The translations under genes were made by a program, and so were the position numbers. Source: Candidatus Methylacidiphilales bacterium (GTDB taxonomy: Bacteria; Verrucomicrobiota; Verrucomicrobiia; Methylacidiphilales; UBA1321). Taken from it: a stretch of 64,000 nt of DNA. The notes beneath the pieces were generated by a model, which was not told the origin of the DNA, searched no databases, and saw only the letters and a list, made by a program, of their open reading frames with translations. The stretch spans positions 4,541 to 68,540 of the forward strand of contig DASZIP010000022.1 of assembly GCA_035948935.1 (NCBI GenBank), written 5' to 3'. Shown one piece after another: positions 15,732 to 24,451 of the stretch (position 1 is the stretch's first letter; every line of letters starts with the position of its first letter).

Positions 15732-16070
15732 ACACCGACGAGCAGACTACGATTACAGGATTGTATTTAAACTTTCGACTCTCGTGGACGTCTAACCTAA
15801 TGAGGTCCTCGATGGAGGCTGTGAGGCTTCCTCAGGTTCTTCGATTTCGTTCCGCAAGATCGGGGGTGAGGGTGGGACGGAATTGAAATCACTCTCTTCG
15901 GGACTGAACACCTAGTGAGGCATCTTGTCGATTTACGCCGATTAGCGCGAAAAAATACGAACGATATCAGATTGGGTATCAGATTCTGATCCCCGAGCCA
16001 GAGGCGGCTATGGAAAAGACATATCGATTTGGCTCCTCGTTCAAGACTCCGCTTAAGGGGATCAGATTGA

Positions 16071-17618
16071 CTAATGTTCCATCGGCATCGCCCCGCTCGA
16101 TATCGATTTCGGCATGAAAAAGAGCCCGCCGATGGCCAGGATGAGCGCGGCGCCGATGACGAGGAACGCGTCGCTATACGCCATGATGTAGGCATTATTT
16201 TGCACTGAGCGGTTCAGCGCCGCGAGCGCATAGCCGTTGGCCGTGCCGGCATCGATGCCCTTTGATTCGAAAAGCTTCCGCAGAAAATCGAGCCGCGCCT
16301 GCACGGACGGCGTATAGGCGGTGACAAACTCGCCGAGGTGAACCGAATGCAAATGCTCGCGCTGCGTCACGATGGTCGAAAGCATCGCGATGCCGACCGA
16401 GCCGCCGATGTTGCGCGACATGTTGAACAGCGCCGAGGCCGAGCCCGCTTCGCTGCGCGGAATGCCCTCGGTCGACATGCTCAGCAGCGGCACGAAAATC
16501 AGCGGCTGGCCCAGTGCGCGAATAATATTGGAAAAGCGGAACTGGTCCATGGCGAAGTCCGGCGACAAAAATCCGTCGATGATGCAACTGCCGCCGAACA
16601 ACGCCAGGCCGATGCCGGCCACGATACGGGGGTCGATAATCTTCATCAGCTTCGGCACGAACGGCAGCAGTACAAGTTGCGGCAACCCCACCCACATCAG
16701 CGTGATGCCAATCTGGAACGGGCTGTAGCCCTGGATTTGCGCCAGGTAAACCGGGATGAGATAGACCGTGCCGTAGAGCGCCAGACCCAGCGCGGCGAGA
16801 ATGAGCGTGGACAGGGTGAAGCGCAAATGTCGAAAGACGCGCAGGTTGACGAACGGCTTTTCGGTCGTGAGCTCGCGAATGAGAAATAGTGTGATGAAAA
16901 TCGCCGCCACGATGGCGAAGTTCCGGATCAGCGGGTTGCCGAACCAGTCCTTGCGCTCGCCCTCCTCCAGCACGTACTCGAGCGAGCCCAGGCCGAGCGC
17001 CATGCAGAAGATGCCGATGTAATCGCCTTCCGCCAGCAATTCCGGGCGCCGCTCGTCGCACTCCAGATAGTTGAAGAGCAGGAAGAACATCAGCACGCCG
17101 GGAAAAATATTGATGAAGAAAATCCACTGCCAGCCGTAGTTGTCGGTCAGCCACCCGCCGATGGTCGGCCCGATCGCGGGTGCGAATGTGGCCGTCATCG
17201 CGAAGATGGCGTTGCCCACCGGCCGCAGGCTCGGGGGCAGGATCAGGATATTGACCGTCATCGCCAGCGGAATGAGCGCGCCGCCCGTCAGCCCTTGGAG
17301 CGCGCGGCCAATGATCATCATGTTCAAATTTTGCGCGAAGGCGCAAAACATCGAGAAGATGACGAACGTGACCACGCTGAAGAGCAGGTACCGCTTGATC
17401 GAAAAGACGCGCGCAAGAAAGCCCGTCATGCCGATGACCACAATTTCGGCCACGAGGTACGAGGTGGAAATCCACGAGCCCTCATCCAGCGAGCAGCCCA
17501 GCGCGCCCGCAATGTCGTTGAGCGACGAGTTGGTGATCTGGATGTCGAGCACCGCCATGAACGCGCCCAACATCGCGCCCACGACCGCGAACCATTGCCG
17601 GCAGGTGACCTTTTCCAT
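16071..17618 (-). CDS. emrB: MFS transporter, DHA2 (EmrB/QacA) family, 14-TM type
   Basis: MEKVTCRQWFAVVGAMLGAFMAVLDIQITNSSLNDIAGALG...; 515 aa and hydrophobic throughout. It lies downstream of an HlyD-family gene. Confidence 0.85.
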   Translation of the reverse strand: MEKVTCRQWFAVVGAMLGAFMAVLDIQITNSSLNDIAGALGCSLDEGSWISTSYLVAEIVVIGMTGFLARVFSIKRYLLFSVVTFVIFSMFCAFAQNLNMMIIGRALQGLTGGALIPLAMTVNILILPPSLRPVGNAIFAMTATFAPAIGPTIGGWLTDNYGWQWIFFINIFPGVLMFFLLFNYLECDERRPELLAEGDYIGIFCMALGLGSLEYVLEEGERKDWFGNPLIRNFAIVAAIFITLFLIRELTTEKPFVNLRVFRHLRFTLSTLILAALGLALYGTVYLIPVYLAQIQGYSPFQIGITLMWVGLPQLVLLPFVPKLMKIIDPRIVAGIGLALFGGSCIIDGFLSPDFAMDQFRFSNIIRALGQPLIFVPLLSMSTEGIPRSEAGSASALFNMSRNIGGSVGIAMLSTIVTQREHLHSVHLGEFVTAYTPSVQARLDFLRKLFESKGIDAGTANGYALAALNRSVQNNAYIMAYSDAFLVIGAALILAIGGLFFMPKSISSGAMPMEH

Positions 17619-17638
17619 GGCTGCCTTTGATTGGCGTT

Positions 17639-18694
17639 CTAGCGCCCGGCGTCGGGCGGAATCGATTCGAGTTGCGGGTTCACCGGCGAGGAGCTGTTCG
17701 CCTCCCCGCCGCGCAGCAGCACCTCCGGTTCGCAGGAGAGCCCCGGCACGATCCGCTGCTCGTATCCCCGGATCGAATCCTGGTCGAACCGGATTTTCAC
17801 CGGCACGCGCTGGACGATCTTGGTGAAATTTCCCGTGGCGTTGTCCGGCGGCAGCAACGCGAAAACCGAGCCGGAGCCGGGCGACCAGCTATCGACAAAC
17901 CCGCGGAAAGTCTTGCCGGGAATCGCGTCGACGGTGATCGTCGCGCTCTGCCCGACGCGCATCTTGCCGAGCTGCGTCTCCTTAAAGTTGGCCACGACCC
18001 ACACGTCCTCGACCACGGCCATCAGCGCCGACCCGGCCGTCACGCGCTCGCCCGTCTCCACCGACTTGTGGCCGATCCGGCCGTCGGCCGGCGCGACGAT
18101 CGTGGTGTAGGCGAGTTGGTCCTGCGCGTCCTTGAGCTGCGCCTTCGCCACCTGCAGCGCGGCGTTGAACTGGTCGTAGTCCTGCTGCGAAATCGCACCG
18201 TTGCCCTGCAGTTTCTGCGCGCGCTCGTCATCGGCCTTGGCCTTCCCGTAGTTGGCCTCGGCCTGCGCCACCTGCACCTCGAAATCGGTCGGATCCAGCA
18301 CGACCAGCACCTCGCCCTGCTTCACGCGCTCGTTGTCGTCGACATTCACTTTCAGCACCGTGCCCGTGACGCGCGCGGCGATGTCGTGGACGTGGCCCGT
18401 GGTGTAGGCGTCGTCGGTCGATTCGTGAATAGTCGCCTCGTAAATAAAATAACCGATCACCAGCAGCGCTACGGCAGCCGCGGCGATCTGGAAAGTGCGG
18501 TTGTGAAACAGCGCGCCGATTTTCTGCCGGATCGGTCTTGGCTTCGTTTCCTCCGGCTTATCCGCTTTCCTCTCTTCCTTTTTGGGTTCCTCCGGCTTTT
18601 TCTTGAATTCTTCGCGCGCCTGTTCCACCCCCTCGTGGAAGCCGGCCTTGTAGCCCTCCGTGAACTCGGGCGCGCTGGGATTGGGCGTGGTCAT
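17639..18694 (-). CDS. emrA: HlyD-family membrane fusion protein
   Basis: Lys/Glu-rich N-terminus, a single TM, then ...TGHVHDIAARVTGTVLKVNVDDNERVKQGEVLVVLDP...coiled-coil...YTTIVAPADGRIG..., the EmrA architecture. Confidence 0.85.
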   Translation of the reverse strand: MTTPNPSAPEFTEGYKAGFHEGVEQAREEFKKKPEEPKKEERKADKPEETKPRPIRQKIGALFHNRTFQIAAAAVALLVIGYFIYEATIHESTDDAYTTGHVHDIAARVTGTVLKVNVDDNERVKQGEVLVVLDPTDFEVQVAQAEANYGKAKADDERAQKLQGNGAISQQDYDQFNAALQVAKAQLKDAQDQLAYTTIVAPADGRIGHKSVETGERVTAGSALMAVVEDVWVVANFKETQLGKMRVGQSATITVDAIPGKTFRGFVDSWSPGSGSVFALLPPDNATGNFTKIVQRVPVKIRFDQDSIRGYEQRIVPGLSCEPEVLLRGGEANSSSPVNPQLESIPPDAGR

Positions 18695-19377
18695 ACGGCG
18701 TACAGGGCCGGAACACGGCCACGGTTGGAGGTCTTCCCCTTGCGGGCGGAAGGCCTTTTATTAAAAAGATGGCACAAGGCTGCGAGAGTGAAAGTGGCGA
18801 TGTGATCGGAGATTCGCTCGATGCGGTCCGGCCCGCGGCTTAACTCGGGGGCGAGGCGCTCGATCATCGGCCGGCTGCGGACATAAAAGAGGCACTGACC
18901 GAGGACGCTCGACGCGAGCATGTCGAGCTTTGGGCCGGGGAGTTTTCTCCCGGCCACCGCGCCGATCAGCTCGCGCACCCGGCGGAAAATCGGCTCGGTC
19001 ATTTCGCGCACCAGGAAATCGAGCGCGGGCGTCGGGCGCATCATTTCCTGCGTGATGACCTGCACGTGCCACGCCGGGCGGTTGGGATCGAGCAACCGCC
19101 GCACGAACGTGAAGACGAAGCCGCGCAGTTGCTCCTCGGGCGCGCCGCGGAACTCGGTGGCGGCAAGATCGCCCGCCAGGCATTTGGCCTCGCGCAACAC
19201 GCGCATGTAAAGCTCGCCCTTGTCGCGGAAATGGTAGTTCACCGACGCGACGTTGACTCCGGCGCGGCGGGTGATCTGCCGGACGGTGGTGCCGTCGAAG
19301 CCGTGGCGGCCGAAAACCTCGCCCGCCGCGCGGACGATCCGCTCGCGGGTTTCGTCGGGTGAAGTTCTTCGTTTCAT
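18691..19377 (-). CDS. TetR/AcrR-family transcriptional regulator
   Basis: MKRRTSPDETRERIVRAAGEVFGRHGFDGTTVRQITRRAGVNVASVNYHFRDKGELY (HTH). Its stop overlaps the emrA start by 4 nt. The start is the internal ATG at 19375-19377. Confidence 0.85.
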   Translation of the reverse strand: MKRRTSPDETRERIVRAAGEVFGRHGFDGTTVRQITRRAGVNVASVNYHFRDKGELYMRVLREAKCLAGDLAATEFRGAPEEQLRGFVFTFVRRLLDPNRPAWHVQVITQEMMRPTPALDFLVREMTEPIFRRVRELIGAVAGRKLPGPKLDMLASSVLGQCLFYVRSRPMIERLAPELSRGPDRIERISDHIATFTLAALCHLFNKRPSARKGKTSNRGRVPALYAV

Positions 19378-19379
19378 CT

Positions 19380-19405
19380 CAAACAAAAGTTTGAAACAAA
19401 TGTTT
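19380..19405. promoter_or_regulatory. candidate TetR operator (two adjacent short palindromes)
   Basis: CAAACAAAAGTTTG (19380-19393) and AAACAAATGTTT (19394-19405) lie immediately upstream of the tetR start codon. Confidence 0.3.
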
Positions 19406-19576
19406 GGATTGTCAAGGACCCGGAGAATCCCACGAAGGTGAGGGTTGCCGAAGAGTCTTTCCGGCAAGCTCAATCTTTCCCGGTAGAATATCCATCTTAA
19501 TTCGAATCCGTTCTGGAAAAAGCGCCGCCTTCATCCACATCCACCGGTGCGAGGAAAGGTCGTGCATCGGGCAAAC

Positions 19577-20911
19577 CTACACCGCATCGGACACGCTCGA
19601 CAGCGTAAATTCATCGACCAGCAGCGTCGGCACCGCCGTCGGAATCCCGATCGATTCCTCGCCGTAGGCTCGCACGGAGGGTCCGAGCGCCACGACCTTG
19701 TTGAGCATTGCCACCGGACTTTCGTTGAACCGGAAATTGCAGGAGGGCTTCGCGATCTCGCCGTCCTCGATGAGGAAAACGCCGTCACGGGTGAGTCCCG
19801 TCAGCAGCACCGTTTGCGGATCGACTTCGCGGATGTACCAGAAGCGCGTGATGAGGAGCCCGCGCTTGATCTGCCTGATCATGTCGGCGGTCGGGGTTGT
19901 GCCGCCCGTCATCGTCAGGCTCGTCGGGGAGGGGACCGGTTCGCGGTTCGTTTTCTGCGCCCAGTAACGCCCGCACTGCAAATTTTTCAGGACGCCGCCG
20001 TCGATCCAGTCGATCCGCCGCGCGGGCAGGCCGTCGTCCGAATAGATGCTTCCCGGCACGAGCGGATCGTTTGGATCGGAATAGAGCGTCACATTCTTGC
20101 CGAAAACATTTTCGCCCAGGAGCGACCCTCCGCCTTTCTTCGTGGCGAAGCTGCGGCCTTCATCCGCCGAGCGCTGGTCGAATTCCCCGATCATGATGCT
20201 GAGCAGGTCGGAAACCGCCGACGGTTCGAGAATGACCGTGTACTTGCCGGGCGGCAGCCGGACCGGCTTTTGCGAGCGCACCGCCTTGTCGATCGCCACC
20301 GCGCCCATGCCCGCGACGTCGAGCTTGCTGAAGTCGTTGTGCGTCGTGCCGGCCCAGCCCGCACCCGTGCCGTCGGGCGTCCGCGCCGTCACGGTGTGCA
20401 GCACGTCCGTTTCCTGGTCGTGGACGAAAAGTCCCCGGCTGTTCGCGAAACTCGAAAACGACGCGCCGATGTTCAGGAAGCCGGACGCCTGAAGGTTTTT
20501 CGCCTGCGCCTGTTGCAGCACCGGCCCGATCGCCGCCGCCAGCATGGCTGAGGTCGCCGCCTGCGTCGCGGGAGAAAAAGCGGTCCCCGCCGCATATTTC
20601 TGCGGCCCGATCGGCGGCATGAACTCCGGGTTTTCGGGCGCGAGCTTCGCCGTGTTTTCGGAGGCCGCCACCAGCGCCGCCAGAGCGTCGTCGCTCAGGT
20701 CGGTTCCCGACGCCGAGCCGGACCTCTTTCCGAAATGCGACTCGACGCCGATTTCGATTCCGCTCGGCGAGCCGTTCGTCGTGGCCATGTTCTGGGCGAA
20801 GCGGACGTGCCGCTCCTCCGAACCGCCGATGGTCACGATGCACGAGTCAGCCTTGGAAAGGGCCGTGATTTTTGCCGTGATGTCCCTGGCATCGGCTTCG
20901 CTCAAGATCAC
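19577..20911 (-). CDS. pmbA: TldD/PmbA-family metallopeptidase (PmbA/TldE-like)
   Basis: Family-typical C-terminal region: ...GKYTVILEPSAVSDLL...DDGLPARRIDWIDGGVLKNL...ITRFWYIREVDPQTVLLTGLTRDGVFLIEDGEI. The proposed start is GTG at 20909-20911, preceded by AAGGAG. The track ORF N-terminus reads through a palindromic repeat. Confidence 0.8.
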   Translation of the reverse strand: MILSEADARDITAKITALSKADSCIVTIGGSEERHVRFAQNMATTNGSPSGIEIGVESHFGKRSGSASGTDLSDDALAALVAASENTAKLAPENPEFMPPIGPQKYAAGTAFSPATQAATSAMLAAAIGPVLQQAQAKNLQASGFLNIGASFSSFANSRGLFVHDQETDVLHTVTARTPDGTGAGWAGTTHNDFSKLDVAGMGAVAIDKAVRSQKPVRLPPGKYTVILEPSAVSDLLSIMIGEFDQRSADEGRSFATKKGGGSLLGENVFGKNVTLYSDPNDPLVPGSIYSDDGLPARRIDWIDGGVLKNLQCGRYWAQKTNREPVPSPTSLTMTGGTTPTADMIRQIKRGLLITRFWYIREVDPQTVLLTGLTRDGVFLIEDGEIAKPSCNFRFNESPVAMLNKVVALGPSVRAYGEESIGIPTAVPTLLVDEFTLSSVSDAV

Positions 20912-20934
20912 GAGAGGCTCCTTTCTTTCAAAGA

Positions 20935-21012
20935 GGTAGCCGTCGCACTCCGTGCGACGGTTCGCGGCGTCCATCCATGGAAGACACCGTCGCACGGAGT
21001 GCGACGGCTACC
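20935..21012. repeat. Perfect 26-nt inverted repeat, each arm itself a hairpin
   Basis: GGTAGCCGTCGCACTCCGTGCGACGG (20935-20960) is the exact reverse complement of 20987-21012, with a 26-nt spacer between them. Each arm contains CCGTCGCAC-nnn-GTGCGACGG. The element lies between the tldD stop and the pmbA start. Confidence 0.9.
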
Positions 21013-21020
21013 TAAAAGCA

Positions 21021-22613
21021 TCATGCGATGTCCTTTCTTTCCGTGTTCAGCACCGCGACCCGCCGGAACCGGGACGGCACCGCGCCATGCGACACGGGTG
21101 CGGTTTGCTCGGGCTGGCCCTTGCCGCAATTCGGCGCGCCGCCAAGGAAATAGGTGCTTTTGTCGCCGATGCCGTCCATCGAGTTCCAAAACTCGACCGT
21201 GCTCCCCTGGTAGGCGACGTCGCGCAGCATGGGGCCGAGCTTCCCGTTTTTGATCTCGTAGAAAAGCTGGCCGCCGAATTGGAAATTGTGCCGCTGCTGG
21301 TCGATGCTCCAGCTCCCGTTGCCGACGATGTAGATGCCCCGCTTCACGTCGGCGAAAAGGTCGTCAAGCGAACACGTCTTCGGGTTGGGCTGGAGCGAAA
21401 CGTTCGGCATCCGCTGGATCGGAAAGGAGTCCCAGCTGTCGGCGAAGGCGCAGCCGTTGGAGCGCTTTTGGCCGATGAGTTGCGCCTGACCGATGGCCGT
21501 CTGGTAATTCACGAAAATGCCGTCCTTGATGATCGGAAATTCGGTTCCGACCGAGCGCACGCCGTCGTCGTCGTAGCCGACGGTCGAGAGGCCCCCCTCC
21601 TGGCTCCGGTCGGCGATGATGTTCATCAGCCCGCTGCCGTATTGGAGTTTGCCGAGCTTATCCGGCGTGCAAAAAGTCGTTCCGGCGAAATTCGCCTCCC
21701 AGCCGAGGGCGCGATCGAGCTCCGTGGGATGTCCCACCGATTCGTGGATGGTCAGCCAGAGATGGGTCGGGTCGAGGACGAGATCGTAATCGCCGGGAAC
21801 GACCGGCCTGGCCTTCAATTTTTCCCGGGCCTGCTCGGCCGCCTTCGCCGCTTCCCCGATGAAATCGTAGCCGAGGATATAGTCGTAGCCGCTGCCCCGG
21901 GGCGCGGCGAGTGTGCCGCGCGAGGCAAACTTCCCGGTTTTCTTGTCGACCACGGTCACTTCGCCGTCCGGCATGGTGCGAACGCGGGTCTGGGTGATCC
22001 GGCTGCCGACGCTCGACGCGAAAAACTTTTCCTCGCGCACGAAAGCGAAGGAGAGCGTCGCGTAATCGGCGCCGGCTTTCAGCGCGGCTTCGTTGATCGC
22101 CAGCATCCGGGCGATCTTCTCGTCAGTCGGCACCAGGAAGGGGTCGGCCTTCATCGGCATGTCCCACCGGTCCTGGTGGGCCGGCACATCTTCCAGGACG
22201 AATTTGCGCAATTGCAGCGGCTGGCTCGCCTTGGCCACCTCGATGGCGCGCAGGGCGGTCCGCCGGACTTCGTCTTCGGTGGCCAGCGGACTGCTCGCGT
22301 AACCCCATGTGCCGTCGAGCAGCACCCGCACGCAAAAACCGGCGCTCACCCCGGTCGACGATTCTTCCAGCCGCCGCTCCCTCACCTCAAGATATTCGGT
22401 CTGATAACGGCACAGGCGAAAATCGGCATAGCTGGCGCCGCCGGTTTTGGCGATTCCGAGGGCCACGTCGGCCAAGCGCAGCTTTCCCGCGAGGTCGAGG
22501 TTGTCCGCCGCCTCGATGGCCATTGCGTTGCGCTCGCCCAAAAAAAGCGCCGACGGCAGAAGCGTGGCGCAGGCGCACCCGCTCACGGAGCGAAGAAACG
22601 AACGGCGATTCAC
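21021..22613 (-). CDS. tldD: TldD-family metallopeptidase with twin-arginine signal
   Basis: MNRRSFLRSVSGCACATLL (RR-x-FL Tat motif), then ...YADFRLCRYQTEYLEVRERR...HESVGHPTELDR (HExxxH-like site)...GAPNCGKGQP. Confidence 0.85.
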   Translation of the reverse strand: MNRRSFLRSVSGCACATLLPSALFLGERNAMAIEAADNLDLAGKLRLADVALGIAKTGGASYADFRLCRYQTEYLEVRERRLEESSTGVSAGFCVRVLLDGTWGYASSPLATEDEVRRTALRAIEVAKASQPLQLRKFVLEDVPAHQDRWDMPMKADPFLVPTDEKIARMLAINEAALKAGADYATLSFAFVREEKFFASSVGSRITQTRVRTMPDGEVTVVDKKTGKFASRGTLAAPRGSGYDYILGYDFIGEAAKAAEQAREKLKARPVVPGDYDLVLDPTHLWLTIHESVGHPTELDRALGWEANFAGTTFCTPDKLGKLQYGSGLMNIIADRSQEGGLSTVGYDDDGVRSVGTEFPIIKDGIFVNYQTAIGQAQLIGQKRSNGCAFADSWDSFPIQRMPNVSLQPNPKTCSLDDLFADVKRGIYIVGNGSWSIDQQRHNFQFGGQLFYEIKNGKLGPMLRDVAYQGSTVEFWNSMDGIGDKSTYFLGGAPNCGKGQPEQTAPVSHGAVPSRFRRVAVLNTERKDIA

Positions 22614-22706
22614 AGCCGGATTGTGCGCCGGCGTTTTTAAAAGTCAAAACAACCGGCGGTTACAAGTGTGTAGGAAAAAGTTGCGGGGGTTGAAAAGGCG
22701 TGGTCG

Positions 22707-23156
22707 CTACATCCTCCGCTCCCGGAAAAAATCCTGGAGCAGGCCGAGCGATTCCTCCGCGAGGACGCCGGCGGTGATCTCGCAACGGTGATTCAGTCCC
22801 GGAAGATCGAAAAGCTGAAAGGCGCCGCCGCACGCGCCCGTCTTCGGATCGCCGACGCCGAACACGATCCGGTCGATCCGCACATGGGCCAGCGCGCCCG
22901 CGCACATCGGGCACGGTTCCTTCGTCACGTAGAGAGTTGTGCCCGAAAGCCGCCACGTTTTCAGCAGCGCCTGCGCCTCCGCGATGGCCAGCATCTCGGC
23001 GTGGGCAGTCGCGTCCTGGCGCGCCTCGACTTCGTTGCCGGCCTCGGTCAGGATCGCGCCGTCGCGGACGAGGACCGCGCCGACGGGGACTTCCTCGCGC
23101 ACGCGGGCCGCGCGGGCCAGTTCGAGCGCGCGGCGCATGAAGATTTCGTCAGACAT
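22707..23156 (-). CDS. tadA: tRNA adenosine(34) deaminase
   Basis: ...VPVGAVLV...HAEMLAI...YVTKEPCPMCAGAL... (H-A-E and PC-x-x-C zinc site); 149 aa. Confidence 0.9.
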   Translation of the reverse strand: MSDEIFMRRALELARAARVREEVPVGAVLVRDGAILTEAGNEVEARQDATAHAEMLAIAEAQALLKTWRLSGTTLYVTKEPCPMCAGALAHVRIDRIVFGVGDPKTGACGGAFQLFDLPGLNHRCEITAGVLAEESLGLLQDFFRERRM

Positions 23157-23170
23157 GAGCTACAGAATTT

Positions 23171-23253
23171 AGACATGAGAAACATGAATGACATGAAGGG
23201 AAAATCTTCTTTTTCTCAGGTCTGTTTTCATGTCCTTCATGTTTCTCATGTCT
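23171..23253. repeat. Near-perfect long hairpin of the ACATGA-word family (no cargo)
   Basis: Left arm 23171-23198 AGACATGAGAAACATGAATGACATGAAG pairs with 23226-23253 TTTCATGTCCTTCATGTTTCTCATGTCT (26/28 by hand). The loop is 27 nt. It is the same family as the 757-1077 bracket. A partial AGACATGAGC overlaps the tadA start at 23151-23160, and a TTTTGACAGG word array lies at 23271-23296. Confidence 0.9.
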
Positions 23254-23301
23254 AAAAATCAGCCTGCCTTCCAATCCTGTTAATCCTGTCAAAATCAGCG
23301 G

Positions 23302-24267
23302 TCAAGCCACTGCTTCGGCGACTTCCCCGAAGGCGCGGAACTTGGCGTAGCGCTTCTCCTTCAACTCGAATTCGTCGAGCTTCTTCAGCTCTCCGATGTG
23401 GCGCAGCATGGCGTCCTTCACCGCGGAGGCGGCGGTTTCCCACGCGTGATGCGCGCCCCCCGCCGGTTCGGGGATCACCTCGTCGACGAGCTTGAGCTTG
23501 AGCAGATCGGGCGCGGTCATCTTCAGCGCGTCGGCCGCCTTCGGGGCGTGCGACTGGTCCTTCCAGAGAATAGCGGCGCAGCCTTCGGGCGAGATCACCG
23601 AGTAGTAGGCGTTTTCGAGGATCAGCACCCGGTCCGCAACGCCGATGCCGAGGGCGCCGCCGCTGCCGCCCTCGCCCAGCACCACGGCGACAATCGGCAC
23701 GCTGAACGTGAACATCTCGCGCAGGTTCACGGCGATCGCCTCGGCGATGTGCCGTTCCTCCGACGCGATGCCGGGGTAGGCGCCCGGCGTGTCGATGAAG
23801 CTCACGATGGGCAGGCCGAATTTGTCGGCCACGCGCATCAGCCGGAGCGCCTTGCGATATCCTTCCGGATGGGCCAGGCCGAAGTTGTGGCGGATGTTTT
23901 GCTTCGTGTCGTGGCCCTTTTGATGGCCGATGATCATGACCCGCTCGCCCCCGATCGAAGCCAGCCCGCCGAGGAGCGCGCGGTCGTTGCCGAAGCACCG
24001 GTCGCCGCTCATCTCCATGTAATCGTCCGCGAGGAGCTTGAGGTAATCGAGCGTGTAGGGCCGGGCCGGGTGGCGCACGATCTGCACCCGCTGCCACGGC
24101 GTCAGGTTCGAGTAGAGCTTCTCACGCTCCTCCGCGAGCTTCGCCTCGAGCGCCTCGATTTCGGGCCCGGCGTCGGTGATGTGTTCCTCGAACTGGACCT
24201 TGAGCGCCTCGATTTTCTTTTCGAGTTCGACCAGCGGTTTTTCAAACTCCAGGGGAGTCAATTTCAT
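23302..24267 (-). CDS. accA: acetyl-CoA carboxylase carboxyltransferase subunit alpha
   Basis: MKLTPLEFEKPLVELEKKIEALK...RHPARPYTLDY...FIDTPGAYPGIASEERHIAEAIA... is canonical AccA. Confidence 0.95.
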   Translation of the reverse strand: MKLTPLEFEKPLVELEKKIEALKVQFEEHITDAGPEIEALEAKLAEEREKLYSNLTPWQRVQIVRHPARPYTLDYLKLLADDYMEMSGDRCFGNDRALLGGLASIGGERVMIIGHQKGHDTKQNIRHNFGLAHPEGYRKALRLMRVADKFGLPIVSFIDTPGAYPGIASEERHIAEAIAVNLREMFTFSVPIVAVVLGEGGSGGALGIGVADRVLILENAYYSVISPEGCAAILWKDQSHAPKAADALKMTAPDLLKLKLVDEVIPEPAGGAHHAWETAASAVKDAMLRHIGELKKLDEFELKEKRYAKFRAFGEVAEAVA

Positions 24268-24451
24268 CTTTGTGCTTGGGTGCGGGGTGAGCGGAGATCA
24301 TGTGCGCGTTGAGGGGAAAGAGCAAGCTCCGGAGGAGGAGGGCGGCAGTGGCTCAGTTTCAATCTTCACTCTTTGCTTAATCTAACAGCGCAATCACTTC
24401 TTCCAAGCCCCGAATGTGAACGGATGAACAGCAAAATTCACTCATAAAAAT

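Noticed and set aside
11491-16070. Calling the tRNA-Thr and tRNA-Ala adjacent segments integrative elements or prophage remnants.
   Set aside because: There is no integrase, excisionase or transposase gene, and no direct repeat of the tRNA 3' end. The ATCAGATT motifs at 15965-16065 are in the wrong orientation. Only a compositional island call is supportable, pending calculation.
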